DNA of 64,000 bases from an uncultured Clostridium sp. GTDB lineage: Bacteria > Bacillota > Clostridia > TANB77 > CAG-508. The first letter of the stretch is position 1. Every line of letters starts with the position of its first letter. Positions 18,750-28,287 of the stretch are shown in pieces. Both the position numbers and the translations under genes were made by a program. The notes under the pieces are model-generated. The model saw only the letters and a list, made by a program, of their open reading frames with translations. It had not been told where the DNA came from and did not search any database. The stretch covers positions 9,155 to 73,154 of the forward strand of contig CABUKD010000002.1 in assembly GCA_902492105.1 (NCBI GenBank), read 5' to 3'.

Positions 18750-18982
18750 AAAAAAAAAAGAAGATGAATTATGTATTTTTTACATAACTCATCTTTTATG
18801 TTTTTATTCTTAATATATAATTTTGGTACAACAAATAAAACTAAAATTTTTTTAGTTGTTGGTTTAAATGTTAACTCTCTCTCTCTCTCTCTCTCTTAGT
18901 GTTTCAATGTTTTTCAATTTTATCCTCTTTTCTTTTACTTTTTTACTATTTTTAGTATAATATAACTTTATTTTATTTGCAA
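18750..18982 (-). promoter_or_regulatory. Leader module copy 2: promoter, (AG)11, intrinsic terminator
   Basis: On the minus strand the promoter is TTGCAA (18982-18977), N17, TATACT (18959-18954). The terminator arms are 18795-18781 and 18775-18761, followed by a run of nine U residues. The leader ORF here has only a TTG start (18917-18915). Confidence 0.65.
18875..18896. repeat. (CT)11 / (AG)11 microsatellite
   Basis: Counted directly: 11 CT units between gttaa and tagtg. Confidence 0.97.
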
Positions 18983-19080
18983 TAGTTTTACTATTTTTTC
19001 CTTATTATAATTAATATGACATTTAGTGTCAATACAAAATTATGACAATCTATGACATAATTTTAGTGGTGATAATATAT

Positions 19081-19290
19081 ATGATAAGTGAGAAAAGAAA
19101 GCAACTAGGTTATACACAAGAAAAAATGGCTTTATTGCTGAATATTAGCTTAAGGCAATATGTTAGAATAGATAAAGAAATTTGTTTTCCACGAGTCGAT
19201 ATATTAGAAAAGTTAATTCATACATTAAGTTTAATCAATGAAGAAATAGGACAATATGTTCATGAATTTATACAAAAAAAGTCAGGCTAG
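19081..19290 (+). CDS. Small XRE-family helix-turn-helix protein
   Basis: SEKRKQLGYTQEKMALLLNISLRQYVRIDKE is a typical HTH_3 motif. The track start is 19042, but the internal Met at 19081 gives the usual N-terminal spacing. The 3' end overlaps the spoIIE stop convergently. Confidence 0.65.
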   Translation: MISEKRKQLGYTQEKMALLLNISLRQYVRIDKEICFPRVDILEKLIHTLSLINEEIGQYVHEFIQKKSG

Positions 19291-21794
19291 GCTGACTTTT
19301 TCTTATTTACTTTTGCTACAATTACGGTCATGTCGTCTTTTTGCATTCCAAATTGATGGTCTACTGCTTCATTTACAATCATGTTTGCAATTTGTTGTGC
19401 ATCATCAGTTTGTATGTCTTCTAACAAATATTTTACCCATAATTCTTTGTTAATGTATTCTTGATTGGCATCTATAATGCCATCTGTACACATTACTATA
19501 ATATCTCCATCTTCTAAATCATAGTCATAAACAACTAAGTCATTTTGCTCTAAAATGCCTGTTGGAAGTGTTACAGATTTTAGTAATTGTACTTCTTTAT
19601 TTCGTTTAATAAAGGTAGGACATGCCCCATTTTTAATAAATTCCATATTACCTGCATATAGGTCTAGAATTTGTAAGTCTAGTGTAGCATACATGTCTTC
19701 TTTGGAATTTGCTACTAAGGTAGAGTTGATTAGTTTTAAGGATACTTCTTTATCAAATCCTGCTTTTAATAGTCTTTCTAGCATCTTTAATGCTATTTTG
19801 CTACTTTTCATAGCTTCTGGTCCTGATCCCATTCCATCACTTAGTGCTAATAAATATTTGCCATCTTCTAGCTTTGTTTCTACATGGCTATCTCCAGAAA
19901 CAGGTGAGCCCACTTTAGTAGTTGTTGCTACTCCTACTTGTAATTTGTATTTATCTTCTGAATAATAAGTAAATTTACAAGATGTTTTTTGTTCTCTTAA
20001 TCCACATTCTTGTCCTTGTATACTAAATTTATCTTGTAATACTTTTTCCAAAATTCTAGCAATTTTCTTAATAGCACATTGTTTTCCTTCTATATCATCA
20101 CAAAGAGAAGTATATACTTCTACAAAATATCTGCCTGAAGAGTTTTGTTTTATTTTTATTTGCTCAATATTTTCAATTTCTTTTTGTTTTAGTAAATTTA
20201 AAATTTCTTGCTTTTGCATCGCAAATGGGTCTTTTTCTTCTTGTTTCATCTCTTCTACCATTTGTGAAATAGCTTCTGATACACCTTCTAGTTGAGAAGA
20301 TACATTCTTTTTGTTTTCTTCTAATTTTCTTTTCCAAATAAAGTTTACTTTGCTAATACGATAAGAATAGTTAATTGCTTTTATCATTTGAGAAACATCT
20401 TCCATGGCCTGTCCATTTTTTTCTTCTAGTCCCATAATGTATTGGTTATGATGTTCTAAAATAGCTACTAATTCTTTTTCTGTAATTATTTCATTTTTTA
20501 ATAAATGGTGGAAAATTTCATCTATAATACCATCTTCATTTTCTGCAATTGGTTCATACACTAAATTATTTTCCAATGCTTCTAGATTTAATTCTAGTTC
20601 TTGTTTAAAAATTTCTTCATTAGAAGTTTCTTGTTGCTGAATATCTTTTTCTTCTAACACTGTGCTTGCTGCTTCTTCATAGCTTTTTGCCAAATCACTA
20701 ATGGTTTCTGACATACTATTTAGTTTGAAAATAGTATCTTGATTTTCTGTTAATCTTCTCTCTGTAGTTTCTGGAAGTAATTTATGTTTTCCATATAAGT
20801 CTTCAATATTAATTTCAAATCTTTTTGGTACTGCTAAAAGTCCTAAAGAAGCAATTAAAATTTCTTGGATTAAAATAACAGGTACCGTATTGCCATTTGC
20901 TACATAAGTTAGAATAATATTTCCTAAAATAAAACCTGCTATAACCCCAATTCTTCCTAAACGATAAAATACCCCTGCAATAAGTCCAGAAATAGCATAA
21001 GAAGCTACCATAATAGGTTCTCCATTTCCAATAATACCAAGTACTACACCAATGGTAATTCCTCCCGTTGCTCCCACTAACATACCGTTTTTCCAGCCTA
21101 AAATTAGGACAAGTAAAATACTTAAAATATTACGCAAACTATAACCAAAAATAGTAAAATCTCCTAAAGCGCATAAACTAATGGTAAGAAGTAAACTAGT
21201 TCCCATTACTTCTTCTATAGAAAATACCTTTTTGTTTCCAAATTCTCTTATCATTAAAATGGAATTACTAAAAATTTTGTAAAATACATAACTTGCAATA
21301 GAAAGAGCAATACTAGTTAAAAAGTCATACATATAAAAGGTGCTAAAAAACATTGGCACAATTTGTACCATAAGTACAGCTAACAATAAGTGAATACCTA
21401 GTCTTCTTTCTTCGTTTACCCCTTCTTGTTCTTTTGGTCTTTTTAGTAAAATAAAAACGAAAAATACTAGAGTAGTTAAAAAATAAATTAATAAGCTATT
21501 GGTGCCAAAAGAAATAAAAGTACCTATTAAAGTTAATATATATACAATTCCTATAGGCATACGGTTACTAAGCATAGCTGCTAAAAAGCTAATAGCAAAT
21601 GGGCTAATACTTAAAATAAAGTTTTGACTACGAAAGCCAACCATAGAAATCATAAATGCTATTACATAAATAGCAATATTTTGGAAGCTAAATAAATCCT
21701 TTAAAATTGTTTTTATATTCTTTTTATTTATTTTTCTTTGTTCTTCGTTTTGTTCTTGTTCTACATTAAAATCTTTTTGTATATTTTGAAACAC
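19287..21794 (-). CDS. spoIIE: Stage II sporulation protein E (membrane PP2C phosphatase)
   Basis: The 835-aa protein has about 10 N-terminal TM helices, a central region and a C-terminal PP2C domain (GDSHVE...LALSDGMGSG...CTDGI...DDMTVIVAKV). Confidence 0.9.
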   Translation of the reverse strand: MFQNIQKDFNVEQEQNEEQRKINKKNIKTILKDLFSFQNIAIYVIAFMISMVGFRSQNFILSISPFAISFLAAMLSNRMPIGIVYILTLIGTFISFGTNSLLIYFLTTLVFFVFILLKRPKEQEGVNEERRLGIHLLLAVLMVQIVPMFFSTFYMYDFLTSIALSIASYVFYKIFSNSILMIREFGNKKVFSIEEVMGTSLLLTISLCALGDFTIFGYSLRNILSILLVLILGWKNGMLVGATGGITIGVVLGIIGNGEPIMVASYAISGLIAGVFYRLGRIGVIAGFILGNIILTYVANGNTVPVILIQEILIASLGLLAVPKRFEINIEDLYGKHKLLPETTERRLTENQDTIFKLNSMSETISDLAKSYEEAASTVLEEKDIQQQETSNEEIFKQELELNLEALENNLVYEPIAENEDGIIDEIFHHLLKNEIITEKELVAILEHHNQYIMGLEEKNGQAMEDVSQMIKAINYSYRISKVNFIWKRKLEENKKNVSSQLEGVSEAISQMVEEMKQEEKDPFAMQKQEILNLLKQKEIENIEQIKIKQNSSGRYFVEVYTSLCDDIEGKQCAIKKIARILEKVLQDKFSIQGQECGLREQKTSCKFTYYSEDKYKLQVGVATTTKVGSPVSGDSHVETKLEDGKYLLALSDGMGSGPEAMKSSKIALKMLERLLKAGFDKEVSLKLINSTLVANSKEDMYATLDLQILDLYAGNMEFIKNGACPTFIKRNKEVQLLKSVTLPTGILEQNDLVVYDYDLEDGDIIVMCTDGIIDANQEYINKELWVKYLLEDIQTDDAQQIANMIVNEAVDHQFGMQKDDMTVIVAKVNKKKSA

Positions 21795-21999
21795 TTTCCC
21801 ATCACCCCTACTTTTTTAATTTGTATCTCTATTGTAGTACAAGCTATTTAAATTTTTTGTCGTTTTGGATACTAAAATTAAAAAAGTTTTCTCTCTTTTT
21901 TGCCATCTTTTGTGTTCTTTTTTCTTTTTTAAACTTTTTCTTTCTACTATTTTATCGTAAATTGTGGGAAAATACAATATTTTTATGAATTAAATAAAT

Positions 22000-22581
22000 C
22001 TATATTTTTTTTGCAATAACATCGTATATATGCCAATGTTTTTCTTCTCCTGATACTATCTTTACATCTTTTTCAATTTCATTAAATTGAATTAATTCAA
22101 AATCAGTAAATAAATCTTTTACTTCATTTTCAGATAAAAATATTAAATATTTCTTCTGTTTTACCCATGAATCCTTTTTGCCAAAAAAATTCCCAACAAA
22201 ATATCCTCCTTTTAATAAAGAGTTATTAATCTTATTCCAAATAAAATTGAAATATTCTTTTTTTGAAAAGGGTAAACTAAAATTAGCTACAATTAAATTT
22301 GCTTTTGGTAAATTCATTTTTCCAAACACAGATTTCAAAAATTTAAATCTTCGTTGTTCTTCTTTGGTTAGTTGTTCCTTAATTATAGCTTCAGTATCTT
22401 CTTTATCAATAGCTAAAACGTTCCAATTATATTTTAACAAAGCTATAGTATCTCGACCAGCGCCACAGCCTAAATCTATAGCTGTCGTTGGATCTATATT
22501 TAATTTTAAAAAATTTACTACATTTGCATGTGGTCTTGAATTTTTTGTAATATTATAATATTTTTCTATGCTATTCTCCAT
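22000..22581 (-). CDS. Class I SAM-dependent methyltransferase
   Basis: Motif I is AIDLGCGAGRDT. It has a small Rossmann-type fold at 193 aa. The RBS AAAGGAGGA lies upstream. Confidence 0.8.
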   Translation of the reverse strand: MENSIEKYYNITKNSRPHANVVNFLKLNIDPTTAIDLGCGAGRDTIALLKYNWNVLAIDKEDTEAIIKEQLTKEEQRRFKFLKSVFGKMNLPKANLIVANFSLPFSKKEYFNFIWNKINNSLLKGGYFVGNFFGKKDSWVKQKKYLIFLSENEVKDLFTDFELIQFNEIEKDVKIVSGEEKHWHIYDVIAKKI

Positions 22582-22602
22582 AGATTTTCCTCCTTTAATA
22601 AA

Positions 22603-22734
22603 TTACTGAATTTTTAGTTCAAATCTTAAATTTTTGATACTCATACCCAAATTTTTATAAAATTTTATAGCATTTTCATTAAATCCCCATACCACAAGTT
22701 CTATATTATCAATATTTTTTTCTTTTTCATCCAT
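22603..22734 (-). pseudogene. GNAT acetyltransferase C-terminal remnant (43 codons)
   Basis: MDEKEKNIDNIELVVWGFNENAIKFYKNLGMSIKNLRFELKIQ contains only the last GNAT motif (N..A..FY..LGF). No N-terminal acetyl-CoA-binding part is present. Confidence 0.4.
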
Positions 22735-22942
22735 TTCTATTTCTCCAATCTATTTCTTATTTTGATATTATAATTGTTTATTATTCTCAATCCAATTACA
22801 AAAATCTTCTTTTGTTATTTTAGTATCTCTATACAATTTCAATTGGTCTCTTACTTTGTCTTTCCATATTTTAAATTCTTTTTTATGTTTAATATTTTTC
22901 TAATATTATAGCATTTTTTCAACTATTTTTCATTATAAATTG

Positions 22943-22990
22943 AAAAAAAGATGAATTGTAATTTTATTATTTACAATTCATCTTTTTTAC
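22943..22990 (-). terminator. Rho-independent (bidirectional) terminator after the 1729-aa gene
   Basis: A 14-bp perfect stem pairs aagatgaattgtaa (22948-22961) with ttacaattcatctt (22971-22984), flanked by A and T runs. The stem base AAGATGAATT is shared with the four leader terminators. Confidence 0.8.
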
Positions 22991-23016
22991 AATTAGCTTC
23001 AATTACTTTTTCAAAA

Positions 23017-26000
23017 CTACTTCTTTTTCATAACCTTTTTCTTAATAACCACAATTCCAGCAACAAGAAGTATTCCTACTAAAATTCCAATTCCATAATA
23101 TAAGTATGCTTGTCCAAATGGTGGTAATATCACTACCTTTTCTGCTCTACTACTATCTACTTCTGTTGGAGTTTTGGTTGGATCTTGATTTCCTACTACA
23201 GAATATGCCATTCTTCTTCCTGCAGTATTAGAAGTTTGTACAATTTCGGCAATATTTTCATAGGTTTTATCATCTTGGCTGTCGCTAGTAGTAATTAATT
23301 GTGTAAGGATTAATTGTTTGCTTACTTTTTCTCCTGGTTTTAAACTATTAGATAATTGTTCTGTTTGTAAAATAGTATTATAAGAACCAATTTGTTCTGT
23401 TAAACTATTATTTACTAATCTGTCATTAATATGTGCATTATCATTATTGGTTAAGTCATTTGTATTAACTACTTTCCATCCTTCATTGTCCGTTTCTCTA
23501 TATTGTAAATTATTTGCTACATAGTCTAATACTAAGTTTGCAGTTGTAGTTACTTTACTTTCTTCAGATGCACCTGTTGCTTTGTAGTAGAAGTCTTTGC
23601 CTGTATAATCTGTTTCGCCAGCATTGGTTACTGTTAATTCATATGTAATTTGAATCGTTGCACCATGCATTAGTTCTACATCTAGTATTGGTTGGATTAA
23701 TCCGTTTTGCCCACCTTGGTATAAACTTGCAATTAATTTATCAATTTCGGTTCTGTATGAATAACGGTTGTAGTTTACATCTTCCTTACTTTCCTCATAA
23801 TATGCTTCATATTGATCTTTGTCCATTTTACTACTTAAGTCATAAGGCTTGCCAGATACCCAAATTAAGTTTGGAACTGACTTACTTGCATCAAATGCAA
23901 TGTTTCCATTAGCTAAAGTGATTTTTACATTACTTACTTTTTTGTCTAAAGTAAGCTGTGCTTTTGGTCTTTCGGTAAGTCCAAAGTCTACACAATTTAA
24001 TGTATAATTTCCATTTTTGTCATTATTGTATAAGTATTTATCTGTTCCATTACTTTGGCTATTTAAACCATCTGTATTGGTTCTGTTATATTCTCCTTCT
24101 ATTACAATAATAGCAGTTTGCGCAGTCATATGTGTATTTTGCATTAATTCTTGTACCAAGCTATTATCAATAGAAGCCATATATGGTGATGCTAAAACTT
24201 CTGCTTTATGGTTATTTACATTAGAAGTACTATAAGCATTTACATTGGTTCTACCTTGATATGTTTCGTTTTGGTAGTTAGTTTTACTATTCTGTGTTCT
24301 TCCAGTATTGATGGTTTGATTTTCCCATAAATCTTTTGCATCTGATAAGTCTGTTTTTCCATTTGCGCTTAGTTCGTCTGCTTTTTGAATATTGTAATAT
24401 TCATCTGTATAGTTTGCAATAGATTGGTTATTTTTTAGGTCTTGTTGATATACAGTTGATTTAAAGTCTTGACCATTGTAGGATACTGCATTTTTGCCAC
24501 CATTGTTAGCAGTTAAAACGGTTTCTTGGTTATTTCCATATTGAAATCTTACCACATAGTTACCTGGTATAAAGTCACTAAATTCATAATATCCCTTTTC
24601 ATTTGTCGTCGTTGTTTGCCATACATATTCTTTACCATCTTTCATGATCTCTACTAGTTCTACAGTAACTCCTGCAATTCCAATTTCGTCTTTTTGTCTA
24701 ATACCATCTCCTAAAACGGATTTGCTTATAGATTGTGTTCTTTCATCTTCCCAAGCAGTACCATTTATTTTACGAATAGCACTTTGCTCTAAGTATACTT
24801 TAATGCTTTTTGCTCTATCAGTATCATCTTCAAAGTTCTTTTCGTATTTTTCACCTTCTAAATCATCTAAGCTTAAGTTTCCTGGTGTTGAGTTATTATC
24901 GATAATTCCTGCAGGTGTTTTATTATTTTTGATTGTTTGTTTATTTGGAAGTTTTTCTCCTTCTGCATAATAGTTTTCGTAGCCATTAATTTCTGCATAA
25001 TTTTCTTTTAAACTTTGGTCGTTATCTATAATAACTGGTCCTTGATTATCTGAATTTACTTTAAATGTTAAGTAAATATAAGCATTTTCTCCTGTTGCTA
25101 GTTTTTTACCATCTAATCCACGAACATAAACTGAGTTTAGTTCTTCTTCTATATCTTGTTTAGAATCTTCTCCATAAATACTATCTCCACAGTAGTTTCC
25201 ATTTCTGTCTTCACTAATTCCATAACTACTGTTAATGTTTCTAGCATAGGCAATTTGGCTTAAATCTAAGTTATGTATCATATTATAGTAGGCTTCATCT
25301 GTAATTGCTACTTTTTCGTTGCCATCTCTATTACTATCTTTATACATTACCCAAGATAAGTCTGGCATATAGGTATAATCTTTATCATAGTAGTCTACTA
25401 CTTCTGTAATTTCATTTAGAATATTTTGTGAAGAGTTTCTAATGGTAATTTTATAAGTTACATATAATTCTAAATTACTTCCATAAAGGTTGGTATCTTC
25501 TGCTCTATATTCATAATCTGCTGGGTATAATTCTCTATTATAGTTTGTTCCATAATAGTTGTAGTAGTCTTGCATTCTGATTTGAATTTCCCAATATTTA
25601 TCATCTTCTGAACGTTTATCATATTCATATACTTCTGTTTTTCCATTAATTTTGGTTGCTGCACGATAAATATCTTTTCTTAAAGATAAATTATTTTCTT
25701 GTCTTCTCCATAAGCCGGCATTTACATAGTATTGACCATCATAAATTGGTGGTTTTGTACCTACTCCTGGAATTACCATTTTTTTATTGCCAATTACAAA
25801 GTCATCATATACAGGGTATAGGTCTATTTCTCCATCTTCAAAAGGAGAACCAGTATAAGCTTGCATTTTACAATCTTCTATAAATTGTAGTTTTTTCCAA
25901 AGTTCTTCTTTTTGCTTTGCTGTTCTTGCAAAATCATTTACAATATCTTCATAGATGTCAAGCATTGCTCTTTCATCTGGATATTCTAAATAGCGATCCA

Positions 26001-28206
26001 TATATCTTTGGATTTTTTTACTAATTTCGCCTTCTTGAATTTTGTCTGTTTCTACAATGTTGCCTTTTCTGTCGATTTTGTAAAATCCATCTATTAGTTG
26101 TACATCAGTCTGTTCATATTCTCCATCTTCGTTTAGGGTAAATCCCATTAAATCATTAATAGAAAATGTTTCATTATAGTAGTTTCTACCATCTTTTAAT
26201 AACTCTCCGCTTCTTAAAGAATTGCTAGAAATATAGTTTTTTGGTGCTGAACCAATTTCTTCAAATTGTTCATTATATTCTTCCCTTGTCATTTCTAGTT
26301 TTGTATCATTTTCCCCACCATCTTGTAATTCAGTTACTTTAGAGGTAGCTTCCCAAATTTCGGTATTATATAGTTTGGCATTATATACCATGTCTGTTAC
26401 AGAATCTTGGTGTACTAGGTTTCCATTCTTTTTTTGGTCAGTTACTAAATATTCTGTTGGTAAATAAATTTGGCCATTATATTCAAATGTGACATAATAT
26501 TTGCTTTCAGAATTTAATCCATCAAATTCATAATATCCATTTTCGTCTGTTAAGGTTGGGTTCATTCTATAAGCAATTTCTCTATCTGTTAAACTTTCTT
26601 TATCTGCTTCAGATAATAGGTCTGCTACATAACTTACTAATTTGCCATTTCTATATTGTAAATTTCCATTTTCATCTAATGGACATTCATATAAAGTAAC
26701 TTTTACATTTGGAAGTACTCTATCATTTGCCTCTCCATTATATAAATCAGAGTGAATACCATCTGCTATATTTTGTTTGGTATCTTTTACATCTTCCCAT
26801 ACATAACCACCTAAATTCATGGTGATATCTAATTTTTGGTCTCCTCCACCAGTTAAATTAATAGTTAGTTTGTATAGGTTTCTTTCTCCCCAAGCATCCA
26901 TCATAAATTGTTGTGGTACAGGATATTCTGTTACTTTCCAACGATAGTTTACGCTACAAGAAGTTAAATCTCCGTCTTTGTTATAACTATCGTGGTGTCC
27001 TGTTTCAATTGGTGTTGCTACTAATTGGTGTCCTTCTAATTCACAAGCAATAGCATAAGTAGTCATATAGGAATACTCTACACTAATGTCTATATATCTT
27101 ACTGCATCATTGCTGTCTAATACTCCTTGGTTTGGATTTTCTATTTTTAAGTAAAATTCTTGTCCACTTACTGGGTAAGATTGCTCTGTTCTATCTACAT
27201 ATCCTTCTTCTTCTAATGGTGTAAAAAAGTCTAATTTCTTTTCTTCTCCATTTTGGATATAGCTTATAATGTTAGCATCTTTAATATATTGCGTTTTATC
27301 TTTATCATTGTAACCTTTTACTGTCATGTTAGAAATTCCTGCAAATTTAGCAGTAGCAGAATTTCCTTCTACATAATCCATTTTATATGGTCCAATAATT
27401 AAGTATTGTTCTTCTTGATTTACATTGATTTGTACCTTTTCTGTTGTGGTTTCTTTAATTGGATTATCTACATTATTTTTTAGTTCTTCTTCATAATCTC
27501 TATAATCCATAGATTCTTCTTTTAATTGTTCTGCCATATCTAGATAAGTAAATTTTGCTCCACTTGCTTCAAAAGATTCTCCTCTATTTACTTCCATATT
27601 AAGCCAAATAGCTACTTGTTTTACTTCTTGGCTAATGTTTTCTCCCTTTTTAAAATAAGTAGTAGATTTTCCATATACATAGCTTCCATCTGTTGGTGCA
27701 ATAAAGTTATTTGGTGCAGTTACTGTATAAGCACCTGATGGTACTAGTTCTGTGTGATTATTGACACAAATATAATAGGTATTGGAATAACGTTTTGCAG
27801 GTAAGGAAGCTTTGTGAGAACCTGAACTTACACTACCTGTTGTTCCATCTAGTGCTTTAATAGTAGCTACTAGATTTTCGTTCATTTCTACTGATACTCC
27901 TTTTTGGATACAGTAAAGCTGAATATCTCCAATGGAAGGACAAAATACTTTATTTACTTGGCTTGGTAATGCTTCATAATAGAAACTTCCATTTTGATAA
28001 AAAGCTGGGCTATCGTGAGCACCTTGTGTAACTAGAGTTCCATCTGCTACAGAGCCATTTACTGCTAAAGCTTCTTTAGTAAGTTTTGCAACTTGTTGTA
28101 TTGGGCTTTCTTCATATTTTATCAAAGAAGAAATAGTAACAACTAATGCGACAAATAAAAGTATAAGACCCAATACGAAAAGTGTAATTTTTCTTTTACC
28201 TTTCAT
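23017..28206 (-). CDS. Giant surface adhesin, module 1 gene B: N-terminal anchor/signal, thioester-domain signature, SdrD-B/Cna-B-like and isopeptide-type domains, C-terminal sorting-like signal
   Basis: LYCIQKG (Cys99, nt 27910-27912) and VKQVAIW (Gln197, nt 27616-27618) match the YCxE/TQxA(I/V)W thioester pattern. GGYVWEDVKD...TDENGYYEFDGL and GTAWEDERT...NEKGYYEFSDFIPGNYVVRF are SdrD-B-like. The C-terminus is VVILPPFG, then a hydrophobic helix, then KKKVMKKK. Confidence 0.85.
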   Translation of the reverse strand: MKGKRKITLFVLGLILLFVALVVTISSLIKYEESPIQQVAKLTKEALAVNGSVADGTLVTQGAHDSPAFYQNGSFYYEALPSQVNKVFCPSIGDIQLYCIQKGVSVEMNENLVATIKALDGTTGSVSSGSHKASLPAKRYSNTYYICVNNHTELVPSGAYTVTAPNNFIAPTDGSYVYGKSTTYFKKGENISQEVKQVAIWLNMEVNRGESFEASGAKFTYLDMAEQLKEESMDYRDYEEELKNNVDNPIKETTTEKVQINVNQEEQYLIIGPYKMDYVEGNSATAKFAGISNMTVKGYNDKDKTQYIKDANIISYIQNGEEKKLDFFTPLEEEGYVDRTEQSYPVSGQEFYLKIENPNQGVLDSNDAVRYIDISVEYSYMTTYAIACELEGHQLVATPIETGHHDSYNKDGDLTSCSVNYRWKVTEYPVPQQFMMDAWGERNLYKLTINLTGGGDQKLDITMNLGGYVWEDVKDTKQNIADGIHSDLYNGEANDRVLPNVKVTLYECPLDENGNLQYRNGKLVSYVADLLSEADKESLTDREIAYRMNPTLTDENGYYEFDGLNSESKYYVTFEYNGQIYLPTEYLVTDQKKNGNLVHQDSVTDMVYNAKLYNTEIWEATSKVTELQDGGENDTKLEMTREEYNEQFEEIGSAPKNYISSNSLRSGELLKDGRNYYNETFSINDLMGFTLNEDGEYEQTDVQLIDGFYKIDRKGNIVETDKIQEGEISKKIQRYMDRYLEYPDERAMLDIYEDIVNDFARTAKQKEELWKKLQFIEDCKMQAYTGSPFEDGEIDLYPVYDDFVIGNKKMVIPGVGTKPPIYDGQYYVNAGLWRRQENNLSLRKDIYRAATKINGKTEVYEYDKRSEDDKYWEIQIRMQDYYNYYGTNYNRELYPADYEYRAEDTNLYGSNLELYVTYKITIRNSSQNILNEITEVVDYYDKDYTYMPDLSWVMYKDSNRDGNEKVAITDEAYYNMIHNLDLSQIAYARNINSSYGISEDRNGNYCGDSIYGEDSKQDIEEELNSVYVRGLDGKKLATGENAYIYLTFKVNSDNQGPVIIDNDQSLKENYAEINGYENYYAEGEKLPNKQTIKNNKTPAGIIDNNSTPGNLSLDDLEGEKYEKNFEDDTDRAKSIKVYLEQSAIRKINGTAWEDERTQSISKSVLGDGIRQKDEIGIAGVTVELVEIMKDGKEYVWQTTTTNEKGYYEFSDFIPGNYVVRFQYGNNQETVLTANNGGKNAVSYNGQDFKSTVYQQDLKNNQSIANYTDEYYNIQKADELSANGKTDLSDAKDLWENQTINTGRTQNSKTNYQNETYQGRTNVNAYSTSNVNNHKAEVLASPYMASIDNSLVQELMQNTHMTAQTAIIVIEGEYNRTNTDGLNSQSNGTDKYLYNNDKNGNYTLNCVDFGLTERPKAQLTLDKKVSNVKITLANGNIAFDASKSVPNLIWVSGKPYDLSSKMDKDQYEAYYEESKEDVNYNRYSYRTEIDKLIASLYQGGQNGLIQPILDVELMHGATIQITYELTVTNAGETDYTGKDFYYKATGASEESKVTTTANLVLDYVANNLQYRETDNEGWKVVNTNDLTNNDNAHINDRLVNNSLTEQIGSYNTILQTEQLSNSLKPGEKVSKQLILTQLITTSDSQDDKTYENIAEIVQTSNTAGRRMAYSVVGNQDPTKTPTEVDSSRAEKVVILPPFGQAYLYYGIGILVGILLVAGIVVIKKKVMKKK

Positions 28207-28242
28207 TTTTAATCATATTCCTTTCTTAAGGTTCAATCTTGA

Positions 28243-28272
28243 TTGAAAAAGAATTTTGTAATTCTTTTTCAA
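28243..28272 (-). promoter_or_regulatory. Intercistronic stem-loop between module 1 genes A and B
   Basis: A 12-bp perfect stem pairs ttgaaaaagaat (28243-28254) with attctttttcaa (28261-28272). No U tract follows on the minus strand. The equivalent junction of module 2 (42194-42215) has no hairpin. Confidence 0.45.
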
Positions 28273-28287
28273 CCTCTCCCTCTCCTT

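Noticed and set aside
18352-18813. 153-aa plus-strand ORF, with similar ones at 50646..50984, 47436..47639 and 60046..60300
   Set aside because: They span noncoding leaders and repeat elements (family-1 copy B, leader modules, element D1). The reading frame is not conserved between the homologous copies.
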